Positions 57,279-64,000 of a DNA stretch of 64,000 nucleotides are shown here, one piece after another (position 1 is the first letter of the stretch; each line of letters begins with the position of its first letter). The notes under the pieces were generated by a model. That model worked only from the letters and a program-made list of their open reading frames with translations. It did no database searches and was not told the origin of the DNA. This DNA is from Thermodesulfobacteriota bacterium (lineage in GTDB: Bacteria > Desulfobacterota_D > UBA1144 > Nemesobacterales > Nemesobacteraceae): the NCBI GenBank assembly GCA_965202785.1, contig OZ241855.1, positions 192,001 to 256,000 of the forward strand, read 5' to 3'. Both the position numbers and the translations under genes were made by a program.

Positions 57279-58370
57279 ATGGAATCCGCGAAGAAAACTC
57301 CGCTTTATGAAAGACACGCAGCCCAGGGAGCCGTATTCGGCGAGACGGGCGGATTTTTTCTTCCGAAAAGCTACGGTGACCCGGAAGGGGAAGCAAAGAC
57401 CGTAAGAGAATCTGTGGGCGTTATAGACATTTCAAGCAGAGGAAAACTCATGCTGTCGGGAGCCGACCACATAAAATTCCTGCAGGGAATGCTCACAAAC
57501 GACGTAAAGGAAAAAACCCCCGGGACAGGGGGCTACGCGGCGATACTCACCCCCAAGGGAAAAATGATTTCAGACATGAGGGTCTTTAAAAATGAAGACT
57601 CTGTCTACATGGATACAGAACCCGGCACGGGTGGGAACATAGCGGAGCTTCTTCGCAAGTTCAGGCTTTCATACAAAGCAGAAGTACTTGACGTTACCGA
57701 AGATTACTGCGTTTTTCACGTCTGCGGTCCCGGCTGCGGGGAATTAATCGAAAAGCGCCTCGGCGTCGACGTTAAACAAATGAAAGAATATGATCACCGG
57801 GCTTGCGGCGAGGCAACCGTAATGAAGCTCAACAGAACGGGAGAAACCGGTTTTGACGTTTTTTTTGAAAACCGCAGTGCTCAGAAAATCTGGGAACTCC
57901 TTCTTGAAAATCCGCCGGTTCCGGGACTTTGCGGACAGGAGGCTCTCGAAACCCTGAGAATAGAGGCCGGAATCCCAGTTTACGGAAAGGATATGGACAT
58001 CTCCACCATACCAATTGAAGCCGGCATATGGGATGCCCTTGACTTTGAAAAGGGATGCTACGTGGGGCAGGAAGTAATAGCAAGGATAAAGTGGAGAGGA
58101 AGAGTAAACTGGCATCTAGCGTATTTCGAGGCGCAGCAAGGCGGCAGTGCGCTACCGGGAGACACGCTCTGGGTTAAGGAGAAAAAAGTGGGGAGAATAA
58201 CCTCTTCAACATACTCTCCGACTCTGGGGAAAAATATCTCCATCGGCTATATAAGAAGAGAATTCTGCGATTTTCGGGAAGAAATATTCATTGGCGGGGA
58301 ACACCACGCCGATAAAACTCCGAACACGGTAAAAATAACGGAAAAACCCTTTTATAGCCGCTTTGAATAA
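57279..58370 (+). CDS. ygfZ: Folate-binding YgfZ/GcvT family protein
   Basis: GcvT-like N-terminus; KGCYVGQEVIAR signature. Confidence 0.88.
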   Translation: MESAKKTPLYERHAAQGAVFGETGGFFLPKSYGDPEGEAKTVRESVGVIDISSRGKLMLSGADHIKFLQGMLTNDVKEKTPGTGGYAAILTPKGKMISDMRVFKNEDSVYMDTEPGTGGNIAELLRKFRLSYKAEVLDVTEDYCVFHVCGPGCGELIEKRLGVDVKQMKEYDHRACGEATVMKLNRTGETGFDVFFENRSAQKIWELLLENPPVPGLCGQEALETLRIEAGIPVYGKDMDISTIPIEAGIWDALDFEKGCYVGQEVIARIKWRGRVNWHLAYFEAQQGGSALPGDTLWVKEKKVGRITSSTYSPTLGKNISIGYIRREFCDFREEIFIGGEHHADKTPNTVKITEKPFYSRFE

Positions 58371-58498
58371 TTAAAAAAAATGCTATAGTTTAGAGGTTAA
58401 CTATTTGGCTGTGTACTAGTCTGTCTTACAGGGGGCATAAGGCGAGTATTTCGGGTTTGATTATGTTTTAACCTAAAGAATGAGGTAATTATAAAATA

Positions 58499-59539
58499 AT
58501 GATACTGGACAACCTTCTGGAATATTTTTCAAATGATCTGGCAATCGACCTCGGGACTGCGAACACCCTTGTATACCTCAAAGGTAAGGGGATAGTGTCC
58601 AATGAACCGTCGGTGGTAGCCGTGCAGCACATTCCGGGACAAAAGTCACGACTCATCGCTGTAGGCCAGCAGGCCAGGGAGATGGTAGGAAGGACCCCCG
58701 AGTCGATTAAAGCCATAAGACCTCTTCGCGACGGTGTTATTGCTGATTTCGAAGCGGCTCAGAAAATGATCGAGTATTTCATAAAAAAATCCAACGGCAA
58801 TAAAAGAAGCTTCGTGCGCCCGAGAGTAATAATATCGGTTCCCCTTGAGATTACCGAAGTAGAGAAAAGAGCTGTAAGAGAATCGGCCGAGGCGGCGGGA
58901 GCTAGGAGAGTATACCTCATCGAGGAAACAATGTGCGCCGCCATAGGGGCTGGGATAGAAGTGCATAGACCCTCGGGCAACATGGTGGTCGACATAGGAG
59001 GCGGTACCACGGGAATAGCCGTTATCGCACTGTCCGGGATAGTTGTGAGCAAATCAATCAAAACCGGTGGAGACAAGATGGATGAAGCCATACAACAGTG
59101 GCTGAGAAGAAATCACAACATAGTAATCGGATACAGAACAGCAGAAGAACTTAAGAAAAAGTTCTCTTCGCACCCGGAAACAAACAGCGGCAGAAAGACG
59201 CAAATGAAAGTAACCGGAAGAAACAACATTTCCGGTGTTCCTTCAATGCTTACAATTGACTCAGAAGAAATCCAAGAGGCGGTAGAAGAAACCATAAACC
59301 AGATAGTCGATGCAATTATGCAGACTTTGGAGAAAACCCCGCCGGAACTCTCTGCAGATGTCTTTGAATCGGGAATAGTGCTAGCCGGAGGCGGCTCGCT
59401 TCTAAGAGGACTGGGCAACCGCATAGAGCAAAAAACCGGCATACAGATAAAAAGGGCCAAGCAACCACTTGATTGCGTCGTTATGGGCTCTGGAAAAGCT
59501 CTCGAAGATATAGATCTTCTAAACTCCGTCGCTATATAA
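58499..59539 (+). CDS. mreB: Rod shape-determining protein MreB
   Basis: DLAIDLGTANT, RPLRDGVIADF, VDIGGGTT, GGGSLL. Confidence 0.97.
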   Translation: MILDNLLEYFSNDLAIDLGTANTLVYLKGKGIVSNEPSVVAVQHIPGQKSRLIAVGQQAREMVGRTPESIKAIRPLRDGVIADFEAAQKMIEYFIKKSNGNKRSFVRPRVIISVPLEITEVEKRAVRESAEAAGARRVYLIEETMCAAIGAGIEVHRPSGNMVVDIGGGTTGIAVIALSGIVVSKSIKTGGDKMDEAIQQWLRRNHNIVIGYRTAEELKKKFSSHPETNSGRKTQMKVTGRNNISGVPSMLTIDSEEIQEAVEETINQIVDAIMQTLEKTPPELSADVFESGIVLAGGGSLLRGLGNRIEQKTGIQIKRAKQPLDCVVMGSGKALEDIDLLNSVAI

Positions 59540-59827
59540 ATTGTAGAAAGCCAGTGATATCGGGCGGATTCCATAATGTTCCGATTATTGAGCCGCAAGT
59601 GCCGAATTCGGCCTTGATTTGCATCTGCTTTAACAATCATGCTCTAACACGGATTGCTTCTTGATTTTTCCTTGAAACTTAAATTGTTTTGTGTTATGTT
59701 GATTCACAGTGATTTTTTGTTTTAGTGTCCCGTAATTTCTTGCAGTGGCTGTCATTATATGGACAATGATTTTTTCCGTCGCTTGTGAGAATCGTAATTA
59801 AGTATTTCCGACCGGAAGGGAAGCTTA

Positions 59828-60634
59828 ATGAAGAAGCTTTTCAGCAAAAATCAACTATTCCTGTCCTTTATCCTCATAATTGCTCTAATTCATCTGTTGC
59901 CCGTCACTTTTGATCTGGCAAAGAAAGAAAACAATTACACAACAAAATTGATGCTAAGCATCAACTACGGTTCTGGTGCTTTCGCAAACTATGTTAAAGA
60001 TGGCGTAAGGTACTATTGGGACCATTATATTGACCTCGTCGATACAAGCGTTGAAAATTCCCGCCTGAAGGCTCAGCTACAGGAAATGGAAACACAAGAG
60101 TTGATGCTAACGGAAATAAGGCTTGAGAATGAAAGGTTAAGAAGACTTCTTAACTATAGGAACTCCTTTGAGGGAGAAGTCGTGGGAGCAAAGGTCATAG
60201 GTAGCAGTCCTTCGCTGGTGGGGCCTGGCTTCCTTATAATAGATAAAGGATCGTCTTCCGGAATAAGTGAGGGGTCCCCGGTGCTTAACAACGTCAGGGC
60301 TATAGGAACCATACACTCGGTAAATGAAAGAACCTCCATGGTAATGCTAATGACAAATCCCTCAAGCGTAGCGGATGCAATTGTACAAAGGAGCCGCGCA
60401 CGAGGCATAGTTGCTGGAGCGGGGAACCATTACGTTATGAAGTACATTGAGCAAGAGGAAGATATTATAGTCGGAGACAAAGTAATATCGTCCGGAAAAG
60501 ACAATGTTTTCCCAAAAAATATTGTTATAGGAACCGTAACAAGAATCGAGATGGACAGAGGACTTCAAAAAGCCATCATAAAACCAGTAATCGATGTGAG
60601 CAGGGTTGAAGAGGTGCTCATACATCTCAATTAG
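59828..60634 (+). CDS. mreC: Rod shape-determining protein MreC
   Basis: TM plus coiled coil ENERLRRLL, IDKGS, GD.V.SSG...FP. Confidence 0.93.
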   Translation: MKKLFSKNQLFLSFILIIALIHLLPVTFDLAKKENNYTTKLMLSINYGSGAFANYVKDGVRYYWDHYIDLVDTSVENSRLKAQLQEMETQELMLTEIRLENERLRRLLNYRNSFEGEVVGAKVIGSSPSLVGPGFLIIDKGSSSGISEGSPVLNNVRAIGTIHSVNERTSMVMLMTNPSSVADAIVQRSRARGIVAGAGNHYVMKYIEQEEDIIVGDKVISSGKDNVFPKNIVIGTVTRIEMDRGLQKAIIKPVIDVSRVEEVLIHLN

Positions 60635-60661
60635 CTCTCTCCAACTGAATCCAGCTGGAAT

Positions 60662-61168
60662 ATGATGAGAATAAACTTCTCTTTTCTTTTCTATCTATTC
60701 TGCTCTTTCCTTTTCATCGTTATCCAGACATCAGTAATCCCGACATCTTCTCTGGGCAAGTTCACCCCTGATCTCAACCTGATCTTAATAATCTGCCTAG
60801 CAGTCAGAACCGAAATACCTTATCTGTTCACACTTGCCATGCTGAACGGGTTTTTAATGGATGTTTTTTCGGCCGGAGCTTTGGGGCTCCATACGGTCAC
60901 GAGATTCGCCGTGTTTCTCACTCTGCGAGTGAGCATGCACAATCTTAATTACAACCGCAACAACCCCCTTTTACTACCTCTGGCACTTTTTACAGGAACC
61001 CTGCTCATGCACTTGCTGCTACTGATATTGCTTCTGTTTAAGCAAGATAGCGGACAGTTGGCATTTCTTAGTGTTGAGCTAGCTTTCTATCAAGCTATCA
61101 TTAATACAGTGGTCGGCGTTCCTATAATAATACTTCTGAGGAAACTAGATGGGGTTCCTAAAACATAG
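60662..61168 (+). CDS. mreD: Rod shape-determining protein MreD
   Basis: Hydrophobic, PDLNLI, GFLMD; operon position. Confidence 0.88.
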   Translation: MMRINFSFLFYLFCSFLFIVIQTSVIPTSSLGKFTPDLNLILIICLAVRTEIPYLFTLAMLNGFLMDVFSAGALGLHTVTRFAVFLTLRVSMHNLNYNRNNPLLLPLALFTGTLLMHLLLLILLLFKQDSGQLAFLSVELAFYQAIINTVVGVPIIILLRKLDGVPKT

Positions 61169-62954
61169 ATTCACAATAGCCTCCTCCCTAATTGTGCTGC
61201 TTTTTCTCGTATTCTCGGCGAGGTTGTTTTACCTCCAGATATACAAGGGCGAGGAATACAGAAATTTTTCGGAAAGAAATATCCTGAGGGCACTTGAACT
61301 TCCTGCGCCCAGAGGACGCATTTTCGATAGAAACGGCGAAAAAATCCTCTATAACAAACCGTCTTTTAACATACGAATATTTCCAAGAGAAATAACAGAT
61401 GTCGAGGAGCTCGCAGAAAATCTTGCGGGGATAATAAACGTTCCAGAGAAAGAACTTCTGAAAAGACTTCGGGAAATAGCAAACCTCAAAAGTTTCTATC
61501 CCGTTACAATCGCCAAAGACATAAGCAGGGAAGAGCTTCTTCTGGTCGAAAAAAGCAAGGAAGCGCTAGAGGGCATATTTCTTGAAGTGGGGCACAAGAG
61601 ATTCTATCCACATGGAGAGGCAGCCGCCGTGCTTCTTGGATACACGGGAATCGCTGACGCAGAAGAGGTAAGAGCCTACAGTCGGATCAAGGCGGGAAAC
61701 GAACTCGGGAAAATGGGTGTTGAAAAGGTCTTTGACAGCGAACTCAGAGGAACAAACGGTCTTGAATACGTCATGGTAAACGCGCACGGAGAGATAATCT
61801 CAGACTCTGCTGCCGCACTATTGCCAACCCGCAAGAGCAGGGAAATGGTTCAGGGAAAAGATATACACCTCACCATTGACGCGCAGCTACAGAAGGTCGC
61901 CTATGACGCTTTGGGCAAAGAGAAAGGGGCCATAGTGGCAATGGACGTAAAAAGCGGAGAAATTCTGGCAATGGTAAGTCGTCCATCCTATCGTCCTGAG
62001 CACATATCCAAGGAACTTTCTCCTGACCAAAAAAGAAAAACAAAAAAGAAAAAATCCTTTTCCCTTCTAAACCGCTCAACCCAAGGAACCTATCCGCCCG
62101 GATCAGTACTCAAAATAATCACGGCCTTTGCGCTGCTAGAGGAAAAAACTGCTGATCCGAAGTTGTCCGTAAACTGCCCGGGTTATTATTTGATAAACAA
62201 CAAACGTTTTAACTGCTGGCGGGACGAAGGCCATGGGCATATAAACCTCCACAGGGCGATTGTCGAATCATGTGACGTATATTTCTACAAACTTTCCCAG
62301 AAGCTTGGTGTTGACGGCCTCTACCCCTACCTGAAGAAATTCGGACTTGGAGAAAGAACCGGCATAGCACTGCCCGAGAAACGGGGAGTGAACCCATCCA
62401 AGACATGGAAAAGAAAGCACCTAAAAGAACCTTGGTACCCGGGTGAAACTGCAATTCTGGCAATAGGCCAAGGATACGTTACCGCAACTCCTCTTCAGAT
62501 AAGTGTTATGACCTCAGCCATAGCAAACGGAGGCATTATAGTCAAACCCAAGATAAGAAAAATAGATGAAAAGAAACCATCTCGCATAACCGGGGCGGTT
62601 CAGCGCCTTGACGCAAAGTCAGTATCTTTTCTCAAAAAAGCACTTTACGGCGCCGTAAACGAACACCGAGGTACCGGGATTTACGCAAGATCAAAGATCA
62701 CGTCCGTCTCGGGCAAGACGGGTACGGCTCAGGTTGTCTCGGCAAAATTTGAATCGACAAAAAAACGGTTCAAAGACCACGCCTGGTTTACATCCTACGC
62801 ACCGTCGGATTCGGGGGAGATATCCGTAACCGTCCTCGTTGAAAACGGAGGAAGCGGAAGTGTGGTCGCAGCCCCGATAGCAAAAGAAATCATCGAAACC
62901 TATTTCAGACTCAAGAAGGAACGAGATGAAGCTCGAATTGCCAAATCTGAGTAG
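61149..62954 (+). CDS. mrdA: Penicillin-binding protein 2
   Basis: APRGRIFDRNG, YPPGSVLK (SxxK), SCDVYFY, GKTGTAQ. Confidence 0.95.
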   Translation: MGFLKHRFTIASSLIVLLFLVFSARLFYLQIYKGEEYRNFSERNILRALELPAPRGRIFDRNGEKILYNKPSFNIRIFPREITDVEELAENLAGIINVPEKELLKRLREIANLKSFYPVTIAKDISREELLLVEKSKEALEGIFLEVGHKRFYPHGEAAAVLLGYTGIADAEEVRAYSRIKAGNELGKMGVEKVFDSELRGTNGLEYVMVNAHGEIISDSAAALLPTRKSREMVQGKDIHLTIDAQLQKVAYDALGKEKGAIVAMDVKSGEILAMVSRPSYRPEHISKELSPDQKRKTKKKKSFSLLNRSTQGTYPPGSVLKIITAFALLEEKTADPKLSVNCPGYYLINNKRFNCWRDEGHGHINLHRAIVESCDVYFYKLSQKLGVDGLYPYLKKFGLGERTGIALPEKRGVNPSKTWKRKHLKEPWYPGETAILAIGQGYVTATPLQISVMTSAIANGGIIVKPKIRKIDEKKPSRITGAVQRLDAKSVSFLKKALYGAVNEHRGTGIYARSKITSVSGKTGTAQVVSAKFESTKKRFKDHAWFTSYAPSDSGEISVTVLVENGGSGSVVAAPIAKEIIETYFRLKKERDEARIAKSE

Positions 62955-64000
62955 ATCCTCCTGGCTGTTTCTGCTGACCGCTTTGCTTTGCTTAGCGGGA
63001 CTCATCAATCTCTACAGCATATCTTTGTTGGCTGACTTGGGTGCATTCAAGAAACAACTCATATGGGTTCTCGCGGGACTTTTGACTGTAGGGACTATTA
63101 GTCGCTTAAGACCCGTTACGCTGAAAAATCACTCGGTTACCTTCTACCTGTTTTTCCTCGCGTTACTGGCGTTGATTTTCGTATTCGGGAAAACGGTATC
63201 GGGATCCAAGAGTTGGTTCCAGATAGGTCCGGTCTCCGTCCAGCCATCCGAATTTATTAAAATCGGCATAATAATGGCGCTTGCTAATTACTACGCAAAC
63301 GAGGTGGCTGCGAAGAAAAATTACAATTTGTGGGAACTCCTCAAGCCTTTAGCTCTTCTGCTTATTCCTACCGCAGCAGTCATTGCCCAGCCCGACATGG
63401 GAACCGCGATCACCATTCTTCTCACAGGTTCAAGCATCATCTTGTTTATGGGAATCAGCAGAAAAGCACTGCTTAAAATAATAATAATAGCACTGATATC
63501 CATCTTGCCGGCCTGGCATCTTCTGATCAAAGACTATCAGAAGGAAAGAATATATTCCTTCATGGATACCTCCTCTGATCCTTTCGGTATAAGCTACAAC
63601 TCGATTCAGTCCCAGATTGCGATAGGTTCCGGCATGGGTTACGGAAAAGGCTTTTCTCTGGGTTCGCAGTCTAACCTGAATTTTCTTCCCGCACACCATA
63701 CGGATTTCGCATTTTCTGTGATTTCCGAGGAATGGGGATTTCGGGGTTCAGTGTTTATCCTTCTTCTATATTTCTCCATAATCCTTTTTATCCTCAATAT
63801 AGCAACATCCCTAGAAGATCGTTTCTCGACGATCGCATGCTTTGGAATTGCGGCCATGTTCTTCTGGCACGCCGTGATAAATATCGCTATGGTAACGGGA
63901 CTTATGCCGATTATCGGCACTCCTCTTTTCTTCATCAGTTACGGCGGTTCGTCAACCCTTACGGCCTTTATCGGAATCGGTATAGTTCTCTGCCTGAGAA
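62926..64000 (+). CDS. rodA: Rod shape-determining protein RodA (runs off the window end)
   Basis: Manual translation from ATG 62926: GSKSWF..G..SVQPSEF.K, QPDMGT, QSQIAIGSG, HTDF.FSV..EEWG, SYGGSS. Confidence 0.93.
   Translation, partial: MKLELPNLSRSSWLFLLTALLCLAGLINLYSISLLADLGAFKKQLIWVLAGLLTVGTISRLRPVTLKNHSVTFYLFFLALLALIFVFGKTVSGSKSWFQIGPVSVQPSEFIKIGIIMALANYYANEVAAKKNYNLWELLKPLALLLIPTAAVIAQPDMGTAITILLTGSSIILFMGISRKALLKIIIIALISILPAWHLLIKDYQKERIYSFMDTSSDPFGISYNSIQSQIAIGSGMGYGKGFSLGSQSNLNFLPAHHTDFAFSVISEEWGFRGSVFILLLYFSIILFILNIATSLEDRFSTIACFGIAAMFFWHAVINIAMVTGLMPIIGTPLFFISYGGSSTLTAFIGIGIVLCLR

Noticed and set aside
59540-59827. Long mreB-mreC intergenic region as a possible sRNA
   Set aside because: AT-rich and promoter-like, with no convincing stem-loop, terminator or ORF

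Overview
A 64 kb bacterial chromosomal segment of moderate GC. The gene repertoire suggests a Desulfobacterota-related lineage such as Candidatus Dadabacteria; this is an inference, not checked against any database. Most of the window is housekeeping: clpS-clpA, murI, etfAB, asd, dapA, rnhB, surE, purM, a complete alternative complex III (actABCDEF), trp/rib genes, trpS, mnmA-mtaB, trxB, mreBCD-mrdA-rodA and six tRNAs. The most notable signal is a repeated regulatory design in front of three metal-handling transcription units. Each has a short secreted upstream ORF with a Cys/His metal motif and a C-terminal RGPP or RPP motif resembling ribosome-arrest peptides. The last codons of each uORF are complementary to the Shine-Dalgarno of the next gene, with a GC hairpin in between. 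Two of these modules are a ~535 bp duplication containing promoter, Fur/Zur-type box, uORF, RNA switch and signal peptide, fused to two unrelated Zn-uptake genes. Other accessory signals are a decayed tRNA-Arg islet with a serine-recombinase remnant, an orphan antitoxin with a toxin stub, a frameshifted ABC substrate-binding gene, a degenerate RibBX, duplicated peroxiredoxins and Bacteroidota-type genes.
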